NCBI GenBank assembly: GCA_030836925.1
Contig: JAUPLK010000001.1
Coordinates: 1-27,018, forward strand
DNA length: 27,018 nucleotides
Direction: 5' to 3'
DNA from: Pseudomonadota bacterium
GTDB taxonomy: Bacteria; Pseudomonadota; Gammaproteobacteria; Steroidobacterales; GCA-2729495
Shown here: in pieces, positions 1 to 7,258 of the stretch
How the letters are laid out: each line of letters begins with the position of its first letter
How positions within the stretch are numbered: position 1 is the first letter of the stretch
Notes under the pieces: model-generated
The model's input: the letters and a program-made list of their open reading frames with translations, nothing else
Database searches by the model: none
What the model was told of the DNA's origin: nothing
Program-made: the position numbers and the translations under genes

Positions 1-15
1 TAGCCGGCGGGATCC

Positions 16-1074
16 CTAATTCGCCGGCACCCGTCGCCTGGTCTCGGAAGGCGTCTCACCAAAACGCGCGCGGTAGCACTTGGCGAACTTGCCGAGGTGA
101 TTGAAGCCGCAAGCCAGCGCGACATCCGTCACGCTGCGCCCGCCGACCGCACCGGCTGCCAGCCCCTGGTGTGCCAGGTCCAGTCGGTGGTCGCGCAGAT
201 ACTCCATCGGTGTCGTATGCCGGTAGCGCCGGAATCCGGCCTGCAGGGTTCTTTCGCTAACGCCCGCAATCCCGGCCAGGTCGCGCAGCGTAATGGGCTG
301 GTCGGCATTGCCCATGATGTAGTGCTCGACCGTGCGGATGTAGACCGGTGCCGGACCGGTGCGCCCGGCATCAAGTGACTCGCTGTAGGTGTGCGGCAGC
401 TCCGTCATCACCAGGCTGATGAGCGTTCGTTCCAGCTGGCGGCACACGGTCGGATTGCTGACGATGCCCGCCTCGCGCTGTTCAAACTCCCCGCACAGGA
501 AGTGCAGGAAGCGCCGCAGTCCCGGTGCGTTGCTGTTTGCCGGCCCGGTTCCGGGTCCGGTGCCTGGATCGGCGGGCGGCGCAAAGTGCAGGGGCGCTGA
601 AGCCGGCTGCCCGGTGGTCTCTTCCAGCCAGGCGCGCAGCGGCGCTGCGGGTATGCGCAGTGTCAGGTTCACTTCGTCGGCGAGGAAACGCATGGTCGCC
701 GGCCCGGTCGGGTTCATGGCCCGGATGATCTGGGGGTTCAGTGCTCCGGTGTGGCCGTCCTGGCTGAGGGTACCGGCACCGTGCAGCAGCACGAGAAAGA
801 GGTAGGAATCATCCGGGTGCGCTTCGATCTGCACGGCAGCGCCGTAGTGCAGGGCGTGAATCGACACCTGACCGAGGCTGGCACTGCAGTGGCGAAAGGC
901 CACCAGCGGGCGCCGCGCCGTGGGTATGACCGAGTGCGGCCACAGGAATCTGGACAGGTGATCGCGGGCCGCCAGCAGGTCGGCGGTTTCCAGTACCAGC
1001 TGGCCGGGCAAGGGCATGCGGGCCGGTACCGCCGGCTGCAAACGGGCTGAAAACGCGTGTGTGGTGTCGTCCAT
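16..1074 (-). CDS. AraC/XylS family transcriptional regulator (AraC_binding_2-type N-terminal domain + C-terminal double HTH), 352 aa
   Basis: C-terminal AraC signature ITLRDLAGIAGVSERTLQAGF...VTDVALACGFNHLGKFAKCYRARFGETPSET. GAGG SD-like motif upstream of the ATG. Divergent from the acyl-CoA dehydrogenase. Confidence 0.93.
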   Translation of the reverse strand: MDDTTHAFSARLQPAVPARMPLPGQLVLETADLLAARDHLSRFLWPHSVIPTARRPLVAFRHCSASLGQVSIHALHYGAAVQIEAHPDDSYLFLVLLHGAGTLSQDGHTGALNPQIIRAMNPTGPATMRFLADEVNLTLRIPAAPLRAWLEETTGQPASAPLHFAPPADPGTGPGTGPANSNAPGLRRFLHFLCGEFEQREAGIVSNPTVCRQLERTLISLVMTELPHTYSESLDAGRTGPAPVYIRTVEHYIMGNADQPITLRDLAGIAGVSERTLQAGFRRYRHTTPMEYLRDHRLDLAHQGLAAGAVGGRSVTDVALACGFNHLGKFAKCYRARFGETPSETRRRVPAN

Positions 1075-1118
1075 GCAAGCCTCAACGCAGCGGGCGGGCA
1101 GGCAAGCTGCTGCCGGCC

Positions 1119-1133
1119 AGTATCGCGGATACT
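1119..1133. promoter_or_regulatory. Perfect inverted repeat AGTATC-gcg-GATACT in the divergent AraC/gcdH intergenic region; possible operator
   Basis: 6-bp arms with a 3-nt spacer, read directly. Function is inferred from position only. Confidence 0.3.
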
Positions 1134-1269
1134 AGCGCGGCCGGGCCCGCTGCAGACTGTACCGGCCGTTTCGGCCAATGCGGCTGCGCAAACCGTATAA
1201 CGGGCGGGCAGACGGCTTTGCTAAAAGTTCGCTTTGATCCCCCTCCTCTGACGCACAGGACATACGAGC

Positions 1270-2487
1270 ATGGTCGAGTCGGCAAGCAAACCGGAGGCGG
1301 GTTCCGGCCAGGGTTCGCAGGCAAGGCCGGCGCTGGATCCGCTGGATCTCTTCGATATCCGGTCCGAACTGTCGGAAGAAGAGGTCCTCGTGCAGGACAC
1401 CGTTGCTCGCTTCGTCGATGACCAGGTGCTGCCGATCATCCGCGACTGCTTCGAGCAGCATCGTTTCCCGCAGGAACTGGTCAGCGAAATTGCGGCCCTC
1501 GGCCTGCTCGGAAGCAGCATCGAGGGCTACGACTGTGCCGGGCTCAACAGCGTCGCCTATGGCCTGATCTGCCAGGAACTGGAGCGTGGCGACAGCGGCC
1601 TGCGCAGTTTTGTCTCGGTGCAAAGCAGTCTGGTCATGTACCCGATCCACAGTTTTGGTTCGGAGGCGCAGAAACAGCGCTGGCTGCCGGCAATGGCGCG
1701 TGGCGAGGCCATCGGCTGTTTCGGTCTGACCGAAGCGCATGGCGGATCCGACCCGGCCAGCATGAAGACCCATGCCAAACGTCAGGGCGGTGACTGGGTG
1801 CTGAACGGTTCGAAGATGTGGATCACCAACGGCACGATTGCCGATGTTGCCGTGGTGTGGGCCCATACCGACGAAGGCATCAAGGGCTTTCTGGTCGAGC
1901 GCGGCATGCCGGGTTTCGCTGCGCCGGAAATCGACAACAAGATGTCGCTACGGGCTTCGGTGACGGCGGCGCTGTTCTTCGACAACGTGCGTCTGCCGGA
2001 GGCCAGTGTACTGCCGGGTGTCACCGGTCTGCGCGGCCCCCTGAGTTGTCTGACCCAGGCCCGTTACGGCATCAGCTGGGGTCCGATCGGCAGCGCCCAG
2101 GCCTGTCTCAGGGAGTTGCTGGCCTACACCGGCAGCCGCAAGCTCTTTGGCAGCCCACTGTCCCACAAACAACTGATCCAGGTGCGTCTTGCCGACATGG
2201 CGCGGCGCATCAGCACTGCGCAACTGCTCGCGCTGCGTCTCGGCCGGCTCAAGGATGCCGGCCGCCTGCATCCCACGCAGGTGTCGCTGGCGAAGTGGAA
2301 CAACGTGCGCATGGCGCTCGACATCGCGCGGGATTGCCGCGACATGCTGGGCGGCGGTGGCATCAGCGCCGAGTACGTACCCGTGCGTCACATGCTCAAC
2401 CTCGAGAGCGTGATCACCTATGAGGGTACGGAGTCGGTACACCAGCTGGTGGTTGGCAAGGAGCTTACCGGCGTCAGCGCTTTCTGA
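1270..2487 (+). CDS. gcdH: Acyl-CoA dehydrogenase, glutaryl-CoA dehydrogenase-like, 405 aa
   Basis: GCDH-like segments YGLICQELERGDSGLRSFVSVQSSLVMYPI, GCFGLTEAHGGSDP, LNGSKMWITNG and TYEGT (catalytic Glu). AGGA SD upstream. Substrate not provable from sequence. Confidence 0.8.
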   Translation: MVESASKPEAGSGQGSQARPALDPLDLFDIRSELSEEEVLVQDTVARFVDDQVLPIIRDCFEQHRFPQELVSEIAALGLLGSSIEGYDCAGLNSVAYGLICQELERGDSGLRSFVSVQSSLVMYPIHSFGSEAQKQRWLPAMARGEAIGCFGLTEAHGGSDPASMKTHAKRQGGDWVLNGSKMWITNGTIADVAVVWAHTDEGIKGFLVERGMPGFAAPEIDNKMSLRASVTAALFFDNVRLPEASVLPGVTGLRGPLSCLTQARYGISWGPIGSAQACLRELLAYTGSRKLFGSPLSHKQLIQVRLADMARRISTAQLLALRLGRLKDAGRLHPTQVSLAKWNNVRMALDIARDCRDMLGGGGISAEYVPVRHMLNLESVITYEGTESVHQLVVGKELTGVSAF

Positions 2488-2516
2488 GCGGGCTTGTGTT
2501 TCAGCCGATCGGGCTC

Positions 2517-2533
2517 GACTATTGGCAATAGTC
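2517..2533. promoter_or_regulatory. Perfect 17-bp palindrome GACTATTG-G-CAATAGTC just upstream of the SD of the second AraC gene; candidate operator
   Basis: 8-bp arms and 1-nt spacer, AT-rich in a GC-rich context, followed by GGAGG and the GTG start. Confidence 0.5.
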
Positions 2534-2550
2534 ATCCGGGAGGCGCCGCC

Positions 2551-3594
2551 GTGGAGCTGCAGGAGACCAGGGACCCGCACATCATCGCCGGCTGGGCCGT
2601 TGCCGTAGCCCAGGCGCTGGACGCCCGCGGGCTCGACAGCCGTGCGATCTTCAACGCCGCCGGCATCGATCTTGCCGCCGCCCGTGTTCCCACCACGCGC
2701 TTTCCAGCGGCGGCCATGACCCGCGTTTATGAGCTGGCGGACGCTGCAACCGACGATCCCTCCTTCGGACTGTCCATTGCCGAATTCGTGCATGCCACCT
2801 CACTGCACGCGCTGGGCTTCTCGCTGCTCGCGAGCAGCACACTTGAATCCTTCTGCCGGCGGGTGGTGCGGTATTTCCGTCTGGTCAGCACCAATGCCGA
2901 CTGTCAGATGGAGCGTACCGCGACCGAGTACCGCCTGGTCATGGCGCCTACCATCGATCGTCAGCAGTACTATCCGCAGGATGCGTGGATGGCCACGGCG
3001 GTGCGGTTCATGCGCGAGATCTATCGCCCGGACTTTGCGCCCATGTCGGTGTGCCTGAGCCGGCCGCGGCCGCGCGAAAAGGTGCAGCGCTTCGAACAGT
3101 TTTTCGGGACGACGGTGATCTACGGTTGCCCGACCAACAGCCTGATACTCGATCTGCGTGACATGAGCGTGGAGCTGCCGGCCGCCAATGCCGAACTTGC
3201 CCGGCAAAACGATGCCGTGGTCATGGCCTTGCTGGCACGCATGGATCGCGACGACATCATCGCCCGGGTGCGCGCCCTGTTCATCGAGTTGCTGCCATCC
3301 GGGGAATGCAGCAAGGAGAAGGTTGCCGCGCGTCTCAACATGAGTGACCGGTCCCTGCAGAGCAAACTGGCGACCCGCAACACGAGTTATCGCAATCTGC
3401 TCAATGAGACCCGCCGGGAGCTGGCCCAGCTCTATATCCGCCAGGGGCTGCACTCGGTCAGCGAGGTCACCTACCTGCTCGGTTTCGCCGATGTCAGCAG
3501 CTTTTCCCGGGCCTTCCGCAGCTGGGAGGGGCTCTCGCCGAGCGAATACAAGGACCAGTCCCTGGGCCGGCGGTCGGGGGCGGCGGTCGAGTAA
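2551..3594 (+). CDS. AraC family transcriptional regulator (Arabinose_bd_2 / OruR-like N-terminal domain + HTH), 347 aa
   Basis: GTG start at 2551 preceded by GGAGG, so the ORF-track start at 2494 is probably too long. HTH region [19 protein letters not shown]...[30 protein letters not shown]. Confidence 0.92.
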   Translation: MELQETRDPHIIAGWAVAVAQALDARGLDSRAIFNAAGIDLAAARVPTTRFPAAAMTRVYELADAATDDPSFGLSIAEFVHATSLHALGFSLLASSTLESFCRRVVRYFRLVSTNADCQMERTATEYRLVMAPTIDRQQYYPQDAWMATAVRFMREIYRPDFAPMSVCLSRPRPREKVQRFEQFFGTTVIYGCPTNSLILDLRDMSVELPAANAELARQNDAVVMALLARMDRDDIIARVRALFIELLPSGECSKEKVAARLNMSDRSLQSKLATRNTSYRNLLNETRRELAQLYIRQGLHSVSEVTYLLGFADVSSFSRAFRSWEGLSPSEYKDQSLGRRSGAAVE

Positions 3595-3680
3595 GCGCCT
3601 GCCCGGCGCCCCCAGCCTGGCCGGATCGCCCGCCGGCAGCGGCCTCACGGGCCCCGATCTACGCCCCGGACCCTGCCGAT

Positions 3681-3709
3681 TTGAAAAAAACTGCTGGCCC
3701 GCATACACT
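3681..3709 (+). promoter_or_regulatory. Sigma70 promoter of rplM-rpsI: TTGAAA (3681-3686), 17 nt, TACACT (3704-3709)
   Basis: Near-consensus hexamers with exact 17-bp spacing, about 70 nt upstream of the rplM ATG. Confidence 0.8.
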
Positions 3710-3711
3710 TT

Positions 3712-3776
3712 GCGGCCCTCGCCGAGGGCTGTCCGGTTTTCCGGGTCCAGCCCAGGCATTTAATTACAGGTGTCGA
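3712..3776 (+). promoter_or_regulatory. rplM 5' leader with alternative hairpins (putative ribosomal-protein autoregulatory leader)
   Basis: GCCCTC-gcc-GAGGGC (3715-3729), or alternatively GGGCTG(3726-3731)/CAGCCC(3748-3753) enclosing CCGG-tttt-CCGG. Confidence 0.4.
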
Positions 3777-4205
3777 ATGGGCACGTTTTCTGCCAAATCC
3801 CATGAGGTTCGGCGCGGCTGGTATGTGGTGGATGCCACGGATCAGACGCTCGGTCGCCTCGCGTCCGCAGTGGCTCACAGGCTGCGCGGCAAGCACAAAC
3901 CCGAATTTACCCCGCATGTTGATACGGGCGATTACATCGTCATCATCAATGCCGCGAATATCCGCGTCACCGGCAACAAGCTGAAAGACAAGCTGTATCG
4001 CCACCACACCGGTTATGTCGGCAACATGAAGACCATCGCGCTCGGCAAGATGATGCAGGAGCACCCGGAGCGCGCAATCACCAAGGCGGTAAAGGGCATG
4101 CTGCCCAAGAACAGTCTCGGTGCCGCCATGCTGAAGAAGCTGCGCGTGTTTCCGGGCGCCGAGCATGAACATGCGGCCCAGCAGCCAGAAATCCTGAAGC
4201 TGTAA
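3777..4205 (+). CDS. rplM: 50S ribosomal protein L13, 142 aa
   Basis: [20 protein letters not shown]...LGRLAS...[24 protein letters not shown]...KGMLPKN. True ATG at 3777 gives the canonical 142 aa. Confidence 0.99.
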   Translation: MGTFSAKSHEVRRGWYVVDATDQTLGRLASAVAHRLRGKHKPEFTPHVDTGDYIVIINAANIRVTGNKLKDKLYRHHTGYVGNMKTIALGKMMQEHPERAITKAVKGMLPKNSLGAAMLKKLRVFPGAEHEHAAQQPEILKL

Positions 4206-4238
4206 CCCTTAAACCAGACCCAGCAGGCACCACCACAG

Positions 4239-4637
4239 ATGGCTACTCAGTCCACCCAGTTTTATGGCACCGGCCGCCGCAAGGCTTCCACCGCACGGGT
4301 ATTCATTCGTCGTGGCAATGGCGACATCACCATCAACTCCAAGCCGATTGAGGTGTTTTTCGGCCGCAAGACCGCTCGCATGATCGTGCGGCAGCCGCTG
4401 GAACTGACCAAGCTGGAAGGCCAGTTCGACGTCAATGTGAATGTTGCCGGTGGCGGCATCACCGGCCAGGCCGGCGCAATCCGCCATGGCCTGACCCGCG
4501 CGCTGATGGCCTATGACGAGAGCCTGCGTCCCCAGTTGCGCAAAGCCGGCTATGTCACCCGGGATGCCCGCGAGGTCGAGCGCAAGAAAGTCGGTCTGCG
4601 CAAGGCCCGTCGTGCAACCCAGTTCTCCAAGCGCTAG
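4239..4637 (+). CDS. rpsI: 30S ribosomal protein S9, 132 aa
   Basis: [13 protein letters not shown]...[19 protein letters not shown]...[26 protein letters not shown]. Confidence 0.99.
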   Translation: MATQSTQFYGTGRRKASTARVFIRRGNGDITINSKPIEVFFGRKTARMIVRQPLELTKLEGQFDVNVNVAGGGITGQAGAIRHGLTRALMAYDESLRPQLRKAGYVTRDAREVERKKVGLRKARRATQFSKR

Positions 4638-4650
4638 TTTTCGACCGGTC

Positions 4651-4656
4651 TATAAT
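4651..4656 (+). promoter_or_regulatory. -10 element (TATAAT) of a probable tRNA-Gln promoter, followed by a GC-rich discriminator
   Basis: Perfect TATAAT 13 nt upstream of the tRNA 5' end. No convincing -35. Confidence 0.55.
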
Positions 4657-4669
4657 GCGTCCCACCCAC

Positions 4670-4743
4670 TGGGGGATCGTCCAGCGGTAGGACATCGGAC
4701 TCTGACTCCGAGAACCTAGGTTCGAATCCTAGTCCCCCAGCCA
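4670..4743 (+). tRNA. tRNA-Gln, anticodon CTG (4702-4704), CCA encoded
   Basis: Full cloverleaf: acceptor TGGGGGA/TCCCCCA, D-stem GTCC/GGAC, anticodon stem TCGGA/TCCGA with loop CTCTGAC, T-arm CTAGG-TTCGAAT-CCTAG, 3' GCCA. Confidence 0.98.
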
Positions 4744-4750
4744 ATACCAG

Positions 4751-4781
4751 ACGGCCCGCGTGCAGCGGGCCGTTTTTTTTT
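4751..4781 (+). terminator. Rho-independent terminator after rplM-rpsI-tRNA-Gln
   Basis: ACGGCCCGC-gtgca-GCGGGCCGT hairpin running into a T9 tract. Confidence 0.92.
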
Positions 4782-4805
4782 CAGCTGCCGGTTGCGTCCG
4801 GCCCG

Positions 4806-5468
4806 TCAGCGCCGGTCCATGCGTTTCACGCCACTGTCCTCGGCCAGAAGAATCACGTCGGCTGGCCGGTTGGCAAACAGGCCGACGGTCACGATGCCGG
4901 GGACCTGGTTGAAACGGCTTTCGAACTCGACCGGGTTGCTGATCTGCAGGTCATGCACATCGAGGATGTGATTGCCGTTGTCGGTGACGAAGTTCTCCCG
5001 CCAGATGGGCTGGCCGCGCACCTTGAGGAACTGGCGGGCGACCCAGGTTCTCGCCATCGGAATCACTTCTACCGGCAGGGGGAACTGGCCGAGGGTGGCG
5101 ACCCACTTTGACTGGTCGATGATGCAGACGAATTTGCGCGAGGCGGCGGCGAGGATTTTTTCGCGTGTCAGTGCGCCGCCACCGCCCTTGATCAGATGGA
5201 AGTGCTTGTTCGCCTCATCCGCGCCGTCTACATAGAGATCCGGATCGCCCGCATCCTCGAGTTCGCTGACCGTCAGTCCCCTGGCGCGCAGCCGTGCTTC
5301 CGTGGCCCTGGAGCTGGCGACGATGGCGGCGAGGTCATCGCGATGGCGGACCAGTTCATCGATGAAGAAATTGACGGTGGAGCCGGTACCCACGCCAAGT
5401 GTCATGCCGGGCTTGATGAAGTCGAGGGCGGCCCGTGCGGCTTGTTGCTTTCTGGCGGCCTGATCCAT
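4806..5468 (-). CDS. rpiA: Ribose-5-phosphate isomerase A, 220 aa
   Basis: LGVGTGSTVNFFI, DLYVDGADE, IKGGGGALTREKI, PLPVEVIP, VTDNGNHILD. ATG at 5468 with GGAG upstream. Confidence 0.98.
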   Translation of the reverse strand: MDQAARKQQAARAALDFIKPGMTLGVGTGSTVNFFIDELVRHRDDLAAIVASSRATEARLRARGLTVSELEDAGDPDLYVDGADEANKHFHLIKGGGGALTREKILAAASRKFVCIIDQSKWVATLGQFPLPVEVIPMARTWVARQFLKVRGQPIWRENFVTDNGNHILDVHDLQISNPVEFESRFNQVPGIVTVGLFANRPADVILLAEDSGVKRMDRR

Positions 5469-5495
5469 GTACGTCTCCGCAGCTGTTGCGGGGAG

Positions 5496-5501
5496 ATTAT
5501 A
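5496..5501 (-). promoter_or_regulatory. -10 element (TATAAT) for rpiA
   Basis: Perfect TATAAT on the minus strand 27 nt upstream of the rpiA ATG, just downstream of a terminator. -35 not clear. Confidence 0.55.
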
Positions 5502-5526
5502 GGTACGCCGTGCGGGGAAGGGATAC

Positions 5527-5554
5527 AAAAAAAAGTGCCCGCCGAAGCGGGCAC
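5527..5554 (-). terminator. Rho-independent terminator with a C(UUCG)G tetraloop, closing the small-ORF transcript
   Basis: Minus strand GTGCCCGC-TTCG-GCGGGCAC-TTTTTTTT. Confidence 0.93.
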
Positions 5555-5569
5555 CGATTTTCGTGAGTC

Positions 5570-5615
5570 ATCTCCTGTCGGAGATCGGCCAGAAATCTTT
5601 TCAGATTTCTGGCCG
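5570..5615 (-). repeat. Two abutting perfect inverted repeats giving GNRA-capped RNA hairpins on the minus strand
   Basis: CGGCCAGAAATCT-GAAA-AGATTTCTGGCCG (13 bp, 5586-5615) directly followed by ATCTCC-GACA-GGAGAT (6 bp, 5570-5585). Confidence 0.85.
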
Positions 5616-5626
5616 GCGTCATGCGA

Positions 5627-5713
5627 CTAACGCTTTTTCTTTGCGGCCTTTTTCTTGGCCTTCTTCTTGGTCTTGGGAGCAACTTTTTTCTTGGAAGCTT
5701 TCTTCGTAGCCAT
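5627..5713 (-). CDS. Small Lys/Ala-rich basic protein, 28 aa (MATKKASKKKVAPKTKKKAKKKAAKKKR); histone-H1-tail-like composition, function unknown
   Basis: ATG at 5713 with GGAG SD at normal spacing, mixed AAG/AAA Lys codons, TAG stop, own candidate promoter and terminator. The ORF track shows it only as the tail of a 69-aa ORF. Confidence 0.7.
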   Translation of the reverse strand: MATKKASKKKVAPKTKKKAKKKAAKKKR

Positions 5714-5747
5714 AGTTTCAGTCTCCGTGTCGAGGTAGACGGGGCTG

Positions 5748-5779
5748 AGTATATACAAGAGTTTGCAGAATTCCAGCAA
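5748..5779 (-). promoter_or_regulatory. Candidate sigma70 promoter for the small basic ORF (TTGCTG ... TATATACT)
   Basis: TATACT at 5753-5748, or TATATA at 5755-5750 with TTGCTG 18 nt upstream. AT-rich patch in GC-rich DNA. Confidence 0.45.
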
Positions 5780-5848
5780 CCGGGGTGATTTGGTTCTCAT
5801 TCGGGTCACGGGGTGTTTCGTCTGCGCGACACCCATCGAGACGGATTT

Positions 5849-6463
5849 TCACTCCGTTCGTGTGCCGAAACGGCAACTCAAAGTGCCTTCATCGGTCACG
5901 ACTGCTTCGAGTTTGACGTCGTGTTTCTCGTGCGGAACACCGCTGATCTGCTGAAATGCATAAGCCAGTCCGATGAAGTGCGGCCGACGACAGTGCCTGC
6001 GTTGCGCAAGAAAGGCGAGCGTTCGGTCGTAGTAACCACCGCCCATGCCAAGCCGGTAGCCGTCTGCATCGAAGCCCAGCAGCGGTGCAAGGATGACATC
6101 CATCTCGCGTGCGCTGCGCCAGTCATCATCACTGCAGACCGGTTCGGCGATGCCGAAGCGATTGCTGGCCAGCAGGCTGTCAGCTGCAAAGGGAGCGAAG
6201 CGCAGTTCGCTGCCGACCACCACCGGAAGAAAGACTTCTCGTCCGCGTCGCCATGCCGCGCTGATCACGGGTGTGCAGTCGAGCTCACCGGATACCGGTA
6301 AATACAGGGCCAGGCGCCTGCTGCGCGCGAGGACCGGCAAGCGCCAGATCCTGGCGGCAACCCGCATGGCGGCCTGCTCCATCTGTGCCGGGGTCAATGC
6401 CCGGCGTTGTGCCAGCAGAAGCTGGCGGTGCTGTGATCTGGAAAGTGGTTTGCCGTTTGTCAT
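5849..6463 (-). CDS. ygfA: 5-formyltetrahydrofolate cyclo-ligase, 204 aa
   Basis: LALYLPVSGELDC, DVILAPLLGFDADGYRLGMGGGYYDRTL, HDVKLEAVVTD. Canonical position directly after 6S RNA. ATG at 6463 chosen because the longer ORF start lies inside the 6S RNA. Confidence 0.96.
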   Translation of the reverse strand: MTNGKPLSRSQHRQLLLAQRRALTPAQMEQAAMRVAARIWRLPVLARSRRLALYLPVSGELDCTPVISAAWRRGREVFLPVVVGSELRFAPFAADSLLASNRFGIAEPVCSDDDWRSAREMDVILAPLLGFDADGYRLGMGGGYYDRTLAFLAQRRHCRRPHFIGLAYAFQQISGVPHEKHDVKLEAVVTDEGTLSCRFGTRTE

Positions 6464-6475
6464 GGCGGGGAAGGT

Positions 6476-6664
6476 GGTCCCTCCCACCTGTGCCGGTGCA
6501 GCCTGCTGCTCACCGACCGGGAGCATCAGGTGGAATCAAATGCGGCAGAGAAGGCTTCCCGCACGAGGCGGTCATGCACAAACTACCGACAACCAGCGAT
6601 TCCGAAAGCGCGATTAAGGGTCGAGAGACCAATCAAGCCGCTGTCGAACACCGCAGGAGGGACC
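6476..6664 (-). ncRNA. ssrS: 6S RNA (about 189 nt)
   Basis: Conserved zapA-ssrS-ygfA position. Terminal pairing GGTCCCTCC/GGAGGGACC. 6S-like segments GTGTTCG..AGCGG, GCATG, GAAGCCTT, CAGGCTGC. TATAAT just upstream. Ends approximate. Confidence 0.9.
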
Positions 6665-6670
6665 GGTTCC

Positions 6671-6676
6671 ATTATA
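6671..6676 (-). promoter_or_regulatory. -10 element (TATAAT) of the 6S RNA promoter
   Basis: Perfect TATAAT 6 nt before the predicted 6S 5' end. Confidence 0.75.
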
Positions 6677-6706
6677 GGCACAGACCCGGATGAAAAATGT
6701 GACGTG

Positions 6707-7024
6707 TCAGAGATCGAGCTGACGTCCGGCCTGGAGTGTGCCTTCGATGCGCTCGCGCATGGCCTGCAGTCTGAGCTTGGCATTGCCTTCCAGCGATTCG
6801 CCGACGTTGCGCGAGCGCAGCAATTCATTGGCCATGTTCAGCGCTGCCATCACGGCGATCCGGTCGAGGCCGATTACTTTGCCGCTGTCGCGGATCTCGC
6901 GCATCCGGGTGTTGAGAAGCTCGGCCGAGCTCAGCAGGGCAGCGCGCTCGCTGATCGGGCAGGAGATTTGATATTCCTTCTCGAGGATCTTGATGTTGAC
7001 CTGGGTTGAGGTCTCCAGGGTCAT
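6707..7024 (-). CDS. zapA: Cell division protein ZapA, 105 aa
   Basis: VNIKILEKEYQISCP...ERAALLSSAELLNTRMREIR...DRIAVMAALNMANELL. ATGA overlap with the upstream gene. Confidence 0.95.
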   Translation of the reverse strand: MTLETSTQVNIKILEKEYQISCPISERAALLSSAELLNTRMREIRDSGKVIGLDRIAVMAALNMANELLRSRNVGESLEGNAKLRLQAMRERIEGTLQAGRQLDL

Positions 7025-7251
7025 GAGCCGTGCTCCATGGCTTTCAGTCGTCCGACGATCGCTTCAACCCGTGACCGGACCTGTTCGTTTTTCTGCAACA
7101 GGGTGGCGCGCTCGGCAATCAGCGTGTCCTGACGCTGGCGCAGGGAGCGGTTCTCATCCTTGAGCTGGTTGGTGATCGTGACCAGTTCGTCGAGGCGCCG
7201 CTCGAGGCGTTCGAGTTCACGGCTGAAGGTCTTTTCGAGAGTGTTGCTCAT
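7021..7251 (-). CDS. TIGR02449 family coiled-coil protein (ZapB-like), 76 aa
   Basis: LERRLDELVTITNQLKDENRSLR...ERATLLQKNEQVRSRVEAIVGRLKAME. Canonical position upstream of zapA. Confidence 0.9.
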   Translation of the reverse strand: MSNTLEKTFSRELERLERRLDELVTITNQLKDENRSLRQRQDTLIAERATLLQKNEQVRSRVEAIVGRLKAMEHGS

Positions 7252-7258
7252 GGGTCTG

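Noticed and set aside
541-570. Short imperfect tandem repeat encoding PGTGPGTGP in the first AraC
   Set aside because: Two imperfect 12-nt units in a linker loop; too short to suggest phase variation or function.
1207-1222. Sigma54-like GGCAGACGGCTTTGCT upstream of gcdH
   Set aside because: GG-to-GC spacing is 11 nt instead of the strictly required 10.
4670-4781. tRNA-Gln as integration site of a genomic island
   Set aside because: No integrase and no duplicate of the tRNA 3' end noticed in the window. A terminator and housekeeping rpiA follow directly.
5497-5682. Alternative minus-strand ORF(s) through the hairpin region (MTPARNLK.. / MTHENR..)
   Set aside because: Runs through the terminator and its U-tract. 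The AGGAG abuts the ATG with no spacing and is sequestered in a stem.
5527-5779. Type I toxin-antitoxin locus (E. coli has ibsC/sibC right after ygfA)
   Set aside because: Ibs-type toxins are short hydrophobic peptides, whereas this one is hyper-basic with no hydrophobic core. No convincing antisense promoter/terminator pair seen.
6694-6712. AAATGTGA CRP half-site upstream of the 6S promoter
   Set aside because: The second half-site (AGAGA) matches only 2 of 5 positions.
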